Shown: positions 1-8,730 of the stretch, in pieces
Position numbering within the stretch: the stretch's first letter is position 1
Layout: every line of letters starts with the position of its first letter
Source: Longimicrobiales bacterium
Lineage (GTDB): Bacteria; Gemmatimonadota; Gemmatimonadetes; Longimicrobiales; Gaopeijiaceae
Direction: 5' to 3'
Assembly (NCBI GenBank): GCA_965221265.1
Contig: OZ244873.1
Coordinates: 74,013 to 138,012, forward strand
Length of the DNA: 64,000 nt
Made by a program: the position numbers and the translations under genes
The notes under the pieces: model-generated
The model's database searches: none
What the model was told of the DNA's origin: nothing
The model's input: the letters and a program-made list of their open reading frames with translations, nothing else

Positions 1-2
1 AC

Positions 3-677
3 ACCGAGATGTCGCACCGGATCATCGGAGCCGCCTGGCCACGCCACTTCAACCGGGTGGTGGCCGAGACCATGTACGAGCACATTCAGGACGTCGGGCT
101 CCCGGAGTGGACCGACGACGACCACGACTTCGCCAGCGCCGTGCAGCAATCGGTGGGCAGCGTCCCGTCGGGCATGCCCATCAGCCTCTCCCCCCTGGGC
201 GAGCCGGGGCCACGCCGCAGCGGCGGCTCCGACGACATCGGCGACATCTCGTGGAACGTGCCCACCGTCACCCTGCGCTTCCCGTCCAACGTGCCCGGGC
301 TGCCGGGCCACCACTGGTCGAGCGCCATGGCGATGGCCACGCCCATCGCGCACAAGGGCGCCGTGGCGGGCGCCCGGGTCGTGGCCCGCACCGCGCTCCA
401 GCTCTTCGCCCAACCGGAGCTGGTTGACGACGCCTGGACCTACTTCCGGGAGGAACAGACGGCGGCGGTCGAGTATACCCCCTTCATCGGCCCCGACGAC
501 CCGCCGCCCATCGATCTCAACAGGGAGATCATGGACACCTACCGCCCGCTCCTTGAGCGGTACTACTACGACGAGACCCGCTTCGACACGTACCTTGAAC
601 AATTGGGCATCACCTATCCCACGCTCTCGCGACCGGTTTCCGACGAGGACCGGCAGGGTGGCCCGCGCTCGCGTTGA
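3..677 (+). CDS. M20/amidohydrolase-family peptidase, C-terminal part (5' end lies outside the window)
   Basis: ORF 9..677 continues in frame to the window edge. The C-terminal domain resembles M20D amidohydrolases (AbgB/hippuricase-like), with typical dimerisation-domain composition. Confidence 0.55.
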   Translation, partial: TEMSHRIIGAAWPRHFNRVVAETMYEHIQDVGLPEWTDDDHDFASAVQQSVGSVPSGMPISLSPLGEPGPRRSGGSDDIGDISWNVPTVTLRFPSNVPGLPGHHWSSAMAMATPIAHKGAVAGARVVARTALQLFAQPELVDDAWTYFREEQTAAVEYTPFIGPDDPPPIDLNREIMDTYRPLLERYYYDETRFDTYLEQLGITYPTLSRPVSDEDRQGGPRSR

Positions 678-716
678 CGATTATCTTTTATCGATAACCA
701 TGATCGGAGGCTCCCG

Positions 717-1226
717 ATGATCGAAGCCAGCCGCAGGTTCCTGTCCGCCACCGCCGCCACGTTGCTGGCGGTCACGCTCACCGGCGCGGGCGGACTCCCG
801 GACGCCGTGGCCGAGCCCCCCGTGGGCGCGTCGGCGATCGAAGCGGCCAACGCCAACGATCCCATCGAGGTGGGCTGGCGGCTCCTGGCCAGCCTCAACT
901 ACAGGACCGGCGAAAAGAGCGAGGATTTGGCCGCGCTGGACGGCCAACTCGTGAAGGTCCCCGGCTTCACCGTGCCCCTCGAGGACTGGGCGTCGTCGGC
1001 GACGGAGTTCCTGCTGGTGCCGTACGTGGGCGCGTGCATCCACACGCCGCCTCCCCCACCCAACCAGCTCGTCTACATCGAGATGGAAGACGGCAAGCGG
1101 GCGACTTTGGACGGCTGGAATCCGGTGTGGGTCGAGGGCGTGCTCGAGATCGAGATGACGGAAAGCGTCTACGGCGACGTCGGGTTCACGATCACCGGCC
1201 AGCAAGTCTACCCGTACGAGTATTAG
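717..1226 (+). CDS. DUF3299-like small secreted protein (signal peptide), first gene of an ABC exporter-like operon
   Basis: 169 aa with an N-terminal signal peptide (LLAVTLTGAGG). It precedes an ABC ATPase and an FtsX permease, an arrangement typical for DUF3299-type accessory proteins. Confidence 0.55.
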   Translation: MIEASRRFLSATAATLLAVTLTGAGGLPDAVAEPPVGASAIEAANANDPIEVGWRLLASLNYRTGEKSEDLAALDGQLVKVPGFTVPLEDWASSATEFLLVPYVGACIHTPPPPPNQLVYIEMEDGKRATLDGWNPVWVEGVLEIEMTESVYGDVGFTITGQQVYPYEY

Positions 1227-1346
1227 GCGGCGCGGGCCGTAGCCCGCGTACGAGCGCGCGTTCCCGGGAGCGGGGAGCGCGTGCCGCGTGGCGGGACACA
1301 TCGTAGGGATACGCAATAGCCGACGCTCCCTGGGGAGGCGCAATCG

Positions 1347-2039
1347 ATGAGCCTTGGGAGCCTCGCGATCGACATCCGGCATCTCCGGTTCCGCTACGAC
1401 GGAGCCCCTTGGGTGCTGGACATCCCCGAGCTGACCCTCGAACGCGGCGAACGCGCGTTCCTGTTCGGGCCCAGCGGGAGCGGCAAGACCACGCTGCTCG
1501 GCGTGCTGGCGGGGGTGCTCGAGGCGGACGAAGGCGAGGTCGGGGTGCTCGGAAGGAACCTGGCCGCGCTCTCCGGCGCGCGGCGCGACGCCTTCCGGGC
1601 GGAACACGTGGGTTACGTCTTCCAGATGTTCAACCTCATCCCCTACCTCTCGGTGCTCGACAACATCGCCCTGCCCGCGCGCATGAACGCCGGACGCCGG
1701 GCCCGGCTCGACGGCGCGGGCGTGAGGGAGGCCGCCGCGCAGCTCGCGGATCATCTCCACATCGGCGATCTGCTGGAGAAACGGGTGACGGAGCTCTCCG
1801 TGGGCCAGCAACAGCGGGTGGCCGCCTGTCGGGCCCTGATCGGGGCTCCGGAGCTCATTGTGGCCGATGAGCCCACCTCCTCCCTGGACTTCGATCGCCG
1901 CGAAGCCTTCCTCAAGCTGCTCTTCCAGGAGTGCGAACGCGCCTCCTCCACGCTCGTGTTCGTGAGCCACGACCGCACGTTGGAGGGGATGTTCTCCCGC
2001 ACGATTTCGCTTCCCGACATCAACAAGGTGGCGTCCTGA
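1347..2039 (+). CDS. ABC transporter ATP-binding protein (MacB/LolD-like)
   Basis: Walker A GPSGSGKTT, ABC signature LSVGQQQRV, Walker B LIVADEPTSSLD, H-loop VSHD. Confidence 0.9.
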   Translation: MSLGSLAIDIRHLRFRYDGAPWVLDIPELTLERGERAFLFGPSGSGKTTLLGVLAGVLEADEGEVGVLGRNLAALSGARRDAFRAEHVGYVFQMFNLIPYLSVLDNIALPARMNAGRRARLDGAGVREAAAQLADHLHIGDLLEKRVTELSVGQQQRVAACRALIGAPELIVADEPTSSLDFDRREAFLKLLFQECERASSTLVFVSHDRTLEGMFSRTISLPDINKVAS

Positions 2040-3526
2040 TGCTCGTTCTCGACCTCGCACTCAAGTCGCTCCGCAACCGTGCCTTCAGCACCTCGCTCAC
2101 CGTGGGCTCCATCGCCCTCAGCGTCGCGCTCCTGATTGGCGTCGAGAACGTGCGCGAGGGCATGCGCGAGAGCTTCTCCAACACCATCAGCCAGACCGAC
2201 CTCATCGTGGGCACCAAAGGCGGCACGATTCAGCTGCTGCTGTATTCGGTCTTCGGCATGGGGGCGTCGACGGAAAACGTTTCGTGGGAGGCGTACAGGC
2301 AGTGGGCGGAGCACCCCGCGGTCGCGTGGACCATTCCGTACAGCCTGGGGGACAGCCACAGGGGATTCCGGGTCATCGGCACCAACGAGGACTTCTTTCG
2401 CCACTACCGCTACCGCGGAGGTCAGGAGATCGCGCTGGCGGAGGGACGGGCGAACGAGGAACTGTTCGACGTGACGCTGGGCGCGGACGTGGCGGTGGAG
2501 CTGGACTACGCGCTCGGCGACGAGATCTCGGTGACGCACGGGCTCGGCGAGGTGGGCTTCGTGCAGCACGACCACATGCCCTTCACGGTGGTCGGCGTGC
2601 TCGCCAAGACGTTCACCCCCGTGGACCGCGCCATCTACGTGACCCTGGAGGGCATGGAGGCCATCCACTGGGAGGACGGCGCGCCACCCGCGTCGGGCGA
2701 GACCCACGACCACGACCATGAGGCGGCGGCCGCGGACGACGACCACGCCCACGAAGCGGACGACGACGACGACCACGACCACGAGGCGGACGACGACGAC
2801 GCCCACGACCACGAAGCGGACGACGACGACGCCCACGACCATGAGGCGGACGACGACGACGCCCACGAAGTGGACGACGACCACGCTCACGACGACGAGG
2901 CGGAGGCGGCCGCGGCCCCCGCGGACGACGACCACGCCCACCAAGCGGATCTCTCCATCGAAGACGTCGAGGTTACCCAGGTGACCTCCTTCTTCGTGGG
3001 GACCACCAACCGGCGGGACGTGCTCCGGCTGCAGCGCGAAGTCAACGACTTCGAGGACGAGCCCATGATGGCGGTCATCCCCGGGGTGGCCCTCAACGAG
3101 ATGTGGCAGGGGATCGGCTACGCCGAGACCGGGCTCCGACTGGTCACCGTCTTCGTCGTGATGGTGGGGCTGCTGGGCATGCTCGTGTCGCTCTACACCT
3201 CGCTCGACGAACGCCGCCGCGAGATGGCGATCCTGCGCGCCGTCGGAGCCGGACCCGGACGCATCGTCGGGCTGTTGGTGCTCGAGTCGCTGTGCCTGGC
3301 CGGAGCGGGCGCCATCGCGGGATTGGGCTTGGTGTACGCGCTACTCTCGATCGCGCAGCCCATCGTCGAGGCCCAGGTGGGGCTCTTCATCCCCATCCGG
3401 GCCCCCGGATCCATCGAGCTCCTCTTCCTGGGCGCCGTGGTGACGGCCGGCTTCCTGATGGGCTTCGTGCCCGCCCTCAAGGCCTATCGCACGGCGCTGC
3501 ACGACGGGCTGGCGGTGCGGGTGTAG
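2039..3526 (+). CDS. ABC transporter permease, FtsX/MacB-like, with a His/Asp-rich insertion in the extracytoplasmic loop
   Basis: ATG overlaps the ATPase stop (TGATG). It has an N-terminal TM helix, a large periplasmic domain and C-terminal FtsX-type TM helices (LGMLVSLYTSLDERRREMAILRAVGA). Confidence 0.85.
   Translation: MLVLDLALKSLRNRAFSTSLTVGSIALSVALLIGVENVREGMRESFSNTISQTDLIVGTKGGTIQLLLYSVFGMGASTENVSWEAYRQWAEHPAVAWTIPYSLGDSHRGFRVIGTNEDFFRHYRYRGGQEIALAEGRANEELFDVTLGADVAVELDYALGDEISVTHGLGEVGFVQHDHMPFTVVGVLAKTFTPVDRAIYVTLEGMEAIHWEDGAPPASGETHDHDHEAAAADDDHAHEADDDDDHDHEADDDDAHDHEADDDDAHDHEADDDDAHEVDDDHAHDDEAEAAAAPADDDHAHQADLSIEDVEVTQVTSFFVGTTNRRDVLRLQREVNDFEDEPMMAVIPGVALNEMWQGIGYAETGLRLVTVFVVMVGLLGMLVSLYTSLDERRREMAILRAVGAGPGRIVGLLVLESLCLAGAGAIAGLGLVYALLSIAQPIVEAQVGLFIPIRAPGSIELLFLGAVVTAGFLMGFVPALKAYRTALHDGLAVRV
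2704..2950 (+). repeat. 30-bp in-frame tandem repeat (about 5 copies) encoding (H-D-H-E-A-D-D-D-D-A)n inside the permease gene
   Basis: Repeated unit gacgacgacgacgcccacgaccacgaagcggac. Translation: HDHDHEAAAADDDHAHEADDDDDHDHEADDDDAHDHEADDDDAHDHEADDDDAHEVDDDHAHDDEAEA. Confidence 0.85.
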
Positions 3527-3554
3527 GGGGAGGGTCGTTCGGCGGCCGCCGTCC

Positions 3555-4451
3555 TCAGCGCCCCGCCAGCCAGCGGTAGACCGCGCCCACATTGAGGGGG
3601 AACCACGCCTCGTACTGGCCCCAGTGGGCGTAGTCGTCGAGCCGCACGCCCGCCATGGCCTCCTCCTCCGACATCCCTTCGTCGAGCGCCGCCTGGACGG
3701 CGTCCCGCAGATCGCCGTAGTAGGCCAGCTGGCGCTCGATGGTGGCCCGGTCGCCCACGTCTCCGTGCCCGAAGACCACGGTCTCGAAGGGAATCTCCAT
3801 GAGCCGGTCGAGCGCCACGTAGAACTCGTCGAAGTGCCAACCCGGCAGATCCTGGTAGCCGACCCGGTCGTTGCTGACGAAATCGACCGCGAAGGCGACG
3901 CGCTCCTCGGGGAGGAAGGCCACCAGCAGGTTGTCGGTGTGGCTTCGTCCGAGGTACCGCAGCTCGATCGCGCGCCCGCCGAACCGGAGCGTCATCTGGT
4001 CGGAGAAGGTCAGGTCCGGGGGCGGAAGGTCCGGGTCGGCCCGCTCAAGGAGGATGGGCAGCGCGTTCTCCTGAGCGATGATCGGAACGTCGCCGCCGAA
4101 TTCGGCCCACAGCGCGGGCGCTCCGGTGGCGTGGTCGGCGTCGCTATGGCTGTAGACGATGGCCGCGAGGGGTTGGTTGGGCGCGGCACCGCGAATGGCG
4201 GCCCCTAGCCCGGCCGCCGCCTCCATCGAAATGGGGTCGAAGGCCACCACGCCGTCGTCGGTGTCCACGAAGAAGGCGTTGTGCGTGCCCGCGTTGTACC
4301 AGAAGACGCCGTCGGCGACCTGGCGGGTGGCGGCGTCCACCTCGGGAGCCTGCTCCGCCGTGTCGGCGCAGGCGCCCAAGGTCAGGGCGAGGGCGGTCGC
4401 GACCGCGAGCCCGGGCAGCGAGGTCGGGGGGGATGGGGTGGGTCGGGTCAT
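3555..4451 (-). CDS. MBL-fold metallo-hydrolase (metallo-beta-lactamase superfamily), secreted/lipoprotein
   Basis: HSDADH (HxHxDH) motif. Start chosen at MTRPTP with an AAGGAGGA RBS 7 nt upstream. The signal peptide LALTLGACAD looks like a lipobox. Confidence 0.8.
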   Translation of the reverse strand: MTRPTPSPPTSLPGLAVATALALTLGACADTAEQAPEVDAATRQVADGVFWYNAGTHNAFFVDTDDGVVAFDPISMEAAAGLGAAIRGAAPNQPLAAIVYSHSDADHATGAPALWAEFGGDVPIIAQENALPILLERADPDLPPPDLTFSDQMTLRFGGRAIELRYLGRSHTDNLLVAFLPEERVAFAVDFVSNDRVGYQDLPGWHFDEFYVALDRLMEIPFETVVFGHGDVGDRATIERQLAYYGDLRDAVQAALDEGMSEEEAMAGVRLDDYAHWGQYEAWFPLNVGAVYRWLAGR

Positions 4452-4545
4452 GCGGTCGTCCTCCTTCGGGGGGGCGGGAGGGGGCGGGTGCGGGATGGGG
4501 GTTCCAACCAACGCGACGCCCGCCGAGCTCTCGTCACTCGTGCGT

Positions 4546-4589
4546 GGGATGCCCGGCAATATTCCGGGGTGGGCGCGGCCGGTGCAACC
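4546..4589. repeat. 44-bp repeated motif, copy 1 (GGGATGCCCGGCAATATTCCGGGGTGGGCGCGGCCGGTGCAACC) containing a CCCGG-N7-CCGGG hairpin
   Basis: Near-identical (42/44) copy at 6914..6957. Internal inverted repeat CCCGGcaatattCCGGG. Lies in the divergent intergenic region between the MBL gene and NHL paralog A. Confidence 0.7.
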
Positions 4590-4611
4590 GTGAATCGGTG
4601 CGGCGCTCAAG

Positions 4612-5666
4612 TGGTCGCAATTGGACTTCTGTTGGCGGGTCTGGTCGTGGCGTGTGCGGGTGCGGAAACGGCCGGCGACATTGCTCTGGTGCCATTCGCT
4701 GAGACCACCGTACCGTTGAGCGAAGACTCCGCTATTCGCCTAGTGGACGAGGGGACCGTCTGCACGACGGAGTCGTATGAGTTCCGCGTTCACTGCACGG
4801 ACGCGAGTGGCTCCCAAGTCTCGTCCTTCGGTCGCCAAGGCGAGGGACCGGGGGAGTTTCGGACGGGCGGCACCCTCGTGCGCGGACCTGACGAGACAAT
4901 CGGTGTCGTCGACATGGATCGGATGTCCGTGTTCGGCCGCGCGGGCACGCTCTTGTCGGAAGTACGTCTTCCACCAGGCTTCGTGAACGGCTCCGCAACG
5001 TTTTCGTCGACGCTGACCGGTGGATGGATGGACTTCATCCAAGGCGGGATGTCCTTCCGTCATGCGGAACTGGACGTGGCATCGGGGGAGGCCGTGTGGG
5101 ACAGGGTCTACCCCCGGCGATATGAGACCGACGCGGAATGCGAGGAGTTGGGAGATTGGCGAGGACTTATTGGAGGGCGATTCTCTCCGGCGCGAGGCGT
5201 GGTTTTTTCGCTATGCCGAGGGCAGCTGTTGTTCTTCGCCAACCGCGACACCCCAACCGGTACGCTTGTCCGTGCCCCGGCGTATGTCCCCGAGCTCCCG
5301 AACGAGGAGGAGGTGCGGGCCTACTTGGAGGAAGCGGGCCCGTTCGCGATGGAGGACTGGTATCGGCGCCAACCCAAGGGGTACTTGCGCGGCGGTCAAC
5401 TGGCGTTCGATGATGGGAGCAGGCTGTGGGCGCTCACGGACCGCGACCCGGGCGATGGCTTCTCCTACTTGGATGTGTACGAGGATTCGGCATTCCGAGG
5501 TACGATCCGCGTGCGTCACCACGCGCGGGGGATCGACCTGCTTGGTTCGACGCTCGTGGTACTCGTCGACCGCCCGGTCGGGCCCCGCGACGCCGACGGC
5601 TTCCCGGACCGTGGAGTGGACTGGTACGACATCGGCGAACTCGGTTTCGGGGTGGACGGACTCTGA
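4612..5666 (+). CDS. NHL-repeat / 6-bladed beta-propeller lipoprotein, paralog A
   Basis: Lipoprotein signal (LLAGLVVACAG). NHL-like motifs FGRQGEGPGEF...IGVVD. Start uncertain (GTG 4591 or 4612). The long ORF 4281..5666 is an upstream read-through artefact. Confidence 0.7.
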
Positions 5667-5688
5667 CACCCGTTCGCCAAGTGGTCCG

Positions 5689-6852
5689 GTGTCGGTGGCG
5701 GGGACAGCTGCGGGCGGCACCCGCCCGACCGCCTCATCGCTGGCGCCACTCCTCTTGGTTGCGATGGCCTGCACAACCCCGGACGATGCGACGGAGCCAA
5801 GGGAAATGGCGATTCCCTTGGCTCCGGTCGCGTCGTCCGAAGCACCCCTGAGCCGCAACACGCGCATCGCCCTCCCGACCGAGGAGACCGCATGCGTTAT
5901 TGACGACTACGAGGTGCGGGTCCATTGCATCCACCGCGACCAACGGACCTCCGCGATCTTCGGGCGACGGGGCGAGGGCCCCGGTGAGTTTCCCGAGTCG
6001 GGCAGCAGGAGGATCGTCCGGGGCCGCAACGCCACCATCGGTGTCGTCACGTCGAGCCGCTTGTCGGTATTCGACGTGTCCGGAGAATTGTTGTCCGACA
6101 TTGGATTGCCGCGGCGCCTAATGCCATCGGCACCGTTCGATTCCATTCTGTCGGGATACTATCTTCAGTTGGATTATCGGCCACCGTACAAGAGGGAATA
6201 TCGGGCAGTCGACTTGGATATCCGAAGTGGGGCGATTCTGTGGGAACGGGTCTACCCGCGCGACATGGCTGCCGGGGCCCGCTGTCCGGGCCCACCCCTG
6301 CCGGAGGGCGTCGCGCCTCCGCGAGGCTTGGCCACTGCAAGGTTCCTCTCCATCGGCGCATTCTTCATTCTGTGCCGTGGGCAATTGCTCTTTCTGGAGG
6401 ATCGAAGAGATGAGGGCGGGACGCTCATCCAAGCCCCCCTGTACGCCGACGTATTCCCCAGCCCGGAGGACGTGGAGCGATACGTGGAACTCTGCGATGC
6501 TCCGGCTCGCCGGCTCCTCGAAATACCCTGCGAGCCCGAGGAATACGCCCGCACGCCCGAGAACTACAGCGCCCAAACCTGGGTGGACGACCAAGACCGC
6601 CTTTGGGCACTCACCAATCGGGATCGCGAGTCGTTCTCTCATCTAGACGTCTTCATCGGCCTGGAGTTTGCGGGATCGGTTCGAGTGCGCCACCGCGCCG
6701 TGGGATTCGACGTGCTCGGTACGACGCTCGTCATCTTGGTGGACCACCCAGTGGGAACAAATGATCCCGACGGAATCCCGGACCGAGGCATCGACTGGTA
6801 CGACATCGGCGAATTGGAGTTGGGGGTGGGCGACCCAGGCCCTCATCGATAG
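5689..6852 (+). CDS. NHL-repeat lipoprotein, paralog B (about 45% identical to A)
   Basis: Same motif pattern (FGRRGEGPGEF, CRGQLLF, DWYDIGEL). Putative GTG start at 5689. The first ~220 aa of the listed ORF 5020.. are out-of-frame read-through of paralog A. Confidence 0.6.
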   Translation: MSVAGTAAGGTRPTASSLAPLLLVAMACTTPDDATEPREMAIPLAPVASSEAPLSRNTRIALPTEETACVIDDYEVRVHCIHRDQRTSAIFGRRGEGPGEFPESGSRRIVRGRNATIGVVTSSRLSVFDVSGELLSDIGLPRRLMPSAPFDSILSGYYLQLDYRPPYKREYRAVDLDIRSGAILWERVYPRDMAAGARCPGPPLPEGVAPPRGLATARFLSIGAFFILCRGQLLFLEDRRDEGGTLIQAPLYADVFPSPEDVERYVELCDAPARRLLEIPCEPEEYARTPENYSAQTWVDDQDRLWALTNRDRESFSHLDVFIGLEFAGSVRVRHRAVGFDVLGTTLVILVDHPVGTNDPDGIPDRGIDWYDIGELELGVGDPGPHR

Positions 6853-6913
6853 AGCGCGCCCAACGACGACACCCGAGGATGCCTTGGGCGTGGACGACCT
6901 CGCCTCGGAACAG

Positions 6914-6957
6914 GGGATGCCCGGCAATATTCCGGGGTGGGCGCGGCTGGTGCAACT
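6914..6957. repeat. 44-bp repeated motif, copy 2
   Basis: GGGATGCCCGGCAATATTCCGGGGTGGGCGCGGCTGGTGCAACT. Lies 60 bp downstream of paralog B and ~300 bp before the IS256 left end. Confidence 0.7.
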
Positions 6958-7253
6958 GAGGGTCGGTGGAATCCTCGCGGGTCCGTCGCGTGATCAAGGC
7001 GGCGCCGGGTCCCGGCGTGGCCGCTAGGTGGACTTGGAGACAGCGTGGCGGCGGCGGCTGTTGACAGGCTCGCCTTGGGTTCCTACGGTGACACGGATCC
7101 TCCGGTTGACAGGGTCTTCCGGTGAGACGAGCATCCACATCACGCGGGAGGCAACATGTCCGAGGCAACCCGCAGGTCCCTTCCCCTGAAGGCGTTCGCC
7201 TGCGCGACCCTATTCGCGATAGTTCGAGGTGGGACCAAGATCCCACCCGGCTT

Positions 7254-7261
7254 CTGATTGG
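7254..7261. repeat. 8-bp target-site duplication CTGATTGG (left)
   Basis: The identical octamer directly abuts both IS ends (7254-7261 and 8716-8723). 8 bp is the characteristic TSD length of IS256-family elements. Confidence 0.75.
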
Positions 7262-8715
7262 AGGCTGTCCCAACCGTAGTTGGAGGTTGCGGTGGCTCCC
7301 GTGAGTTTCATGCTACGGATGCGGCCTCGTTCTCGGCAACCGGGGCCGTGAGTTCGTCCAAGTGCGCCTTGAGGATCCACAGATCCCGGTAGCCCATGAT
7401 CCTGCGGTAGCTCCGCTCCGCGTCCATGAACGAGGCGGCCGCCCAACGGACCACCATCGACCCGTCCCGCCAGCGCGTGACGCGCCGCATCCGCTGGCGC
7501 ATGCCGGAGTGGGCGTTGTCGATCAGGTTCGTCGTGCCCAGGCAGCGGCGCAGCGGAGCCGTGAGCCCGAGCTCGCTTACGGTGAAGAGTTCGTCCAGCC
7601 CCTCGCGCAGGCTCCGCGCGGCCGCCGGATGCTCCCTGTCGACCCATGACGCGAATTGCTCGATCCTCGCCCTCCCATCCGTTCCGTCCAGCTTCCAAGC
7701 CGCCCGCAGCACCGCGCGCGCCTGGTCGTGCAGCGTCTTCGGCAAGTGCCCCAGCACATTGCGCATCTTGTGGTTCCGGCAGCGCTGCACCTTGCAGGCC
7801 TTCCCGAAGACCTGGTCGACCGCCTTACGCAGCGCCCTCGAGCCGTCGATGACGAACAACCGCCCCCGCCTCGGGTCCAAGCCGCGCTCGACGAGCTCCT
7901 CGAGCAGGGCCAGCGCGACCGCCGCGTTCTCGCTCGCACCCTCCCGGATGCCGAGAATCCGCTTGTTCCCCTCCGCGTCCACGCCAAGCGCCACCAGCAC
8001 GTGGTGGCCCGCGAACTGGACGCCGTCGAGGTACACGACCACAACGTCCCGGTCGTCCAGCCGCCGCTCGGCCAGCTCCCTCAACCGCTCGCCCGCCGCC
8101 TCGGCCGCCCGCCGGCTCACCGACGACCTGCTCACCCCCGCCGTCTCCGCCATCTCCCCGATCGCCTTCCCGTACGCCCGCGTGCTCACCCCGCGCATCA
8201 GCAGCTCCAGCATCCGGTCCCCGAGCCCCTCCGGACGCCGCAGCATCTCATAGGCCGGGATCGCGACCTCGCCCCCGCCCTTGCGCCTCAGCCGCGGCTT
8301 CTCGACCCGGACGGCTCTGTCGGACAGGTACACACGGCCCTTCTGCCGGCCGTGGTAGGCCACCCCGCCGCCGCGCCGCCTGCCCGGCTGCTTCGGCCCG
8401 GCCACGTCCGACGCGCCAATCTCCAGCACCGCCTCGATCGCCGCCCGCCCGATGACGTCGATGATCGTGTCCAGCGCGTCTCCCGCCCGCACGAACACAT
8501 CCGCCAGCGGCAGCAGATGCCGCCCTTCCCTCGCCAGCAGCTCCCGGGCCGCCCGCTTGTCGGCCCCGCCCCTTCCTTCGTACCTTTTCCTCATCGTGGT
8601 GGTCTCCCGTTGGGGTTGATTGCTCGCCTGATTCTAACCGGAATCAGGCCCCCGGGAGCCACCACGACCTCTTTTCCCCTTCGGAGAACCTCCAACTATT
8701 CCTGGGACACCCTCT
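7262..8715 (-). mobile_element. IS256-family insertion sequence, 1454 bp, apparently intact
   Basis: Imperfect terminal inverted repeats AGGCTGTCCCAACCGTAGTTGGAGGTT (left) versus the reverse complement of the right end AGAGGGTGTCCCAGGAATAGTTGGAGGTT. Single full-length transposase ORF, flanked by the 8-bp TSD. Confidence 0.85.
7308..8594 (-). CDS. IS256-family (Mutator-type) transposase
   Basis: 428 aa. Characteristic IS256 transposase motifs (YLDGVQFAGHHVLVALGVDAEGNKRILG; CRNHKMRNVL; TTNLIDNAHSGMRQRMRRV). Confidence 0.9.
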   Translation of the reverse strand: MRKRYEGRGGADKRAARELLAREGRHLLPLADVFVRAGDALDTIIDVIGRAAIEAVLEIGASDVAGPKQPGRRRGGGVAYHGRQKGRVYLSDRAVRVEKPRLRRKGGGEVAIPAYEMLRRPEGLGDRMLELLMRGVSTRAYGKAIGEMAETAGVSRSSVSRRAAEAAGERLRELAERRLDDRDVVVVYLDGVQFAGHHVLVALGVDAEGNKRILGIREGASENAAVALALLEELVERGLDPRRGRLFVIDGSRALRKAVDQVFGKACKVQRCRNHKMRNVLGHLPKTLHDQARAVLRAAWKLDGTDGRARIEQFASWVDREHPAAARSLREGLDELFTVSELGLTAPLRRCLGTTNLIDNAHSGMRQRMRRVTRWRDGSMVVRWAAASFMDAERSYRRIMGYRDLWILKAHLDELTAPVAENEAASVA

Positions 8716-8723
8716 CTGATTGG
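8716..8723. repeat. 8-bp target-site duplication CTGATTGG (right)
   Basis: See left copy. Confidence 0.75.
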
Positions 8724-8730
8724 ATTGGTT

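Noticed and set aside
681-2944. Long minus-strand ORFs 681..2060 (459 aa) and 1751..2944 (397 aa, V/G-rich) antisense to the ABC transporter genes
   Set aside because: Low-complexity Arg/Gly/Val-rich translations, no motifs, fully overlapping well-supported plus-strand genes. A stop-codon-poor antisense artefact of ~70% GC.
4281-6852. N-terminal extensions of ORFs 4281..5666 and 5020..6852
   Set aside because: The first ~110 aa of 4281.. are antisense to the MBL gene. The first ~220 aa of 5020.. are an out-of-frame read-through of paralog A (the translation MDGWTSSKAGCPS... has no signal peptide or NHL motifs). Real starts placed at ~4612 and ~5689.
7122-7304. 60-aa ORF 7122..7304 abutting the IS256 left end
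   Set aside because: Its frame continues across the TSD into the IS, no RBS or motifs. Most likely non-coding spacer into which the IS inserted.
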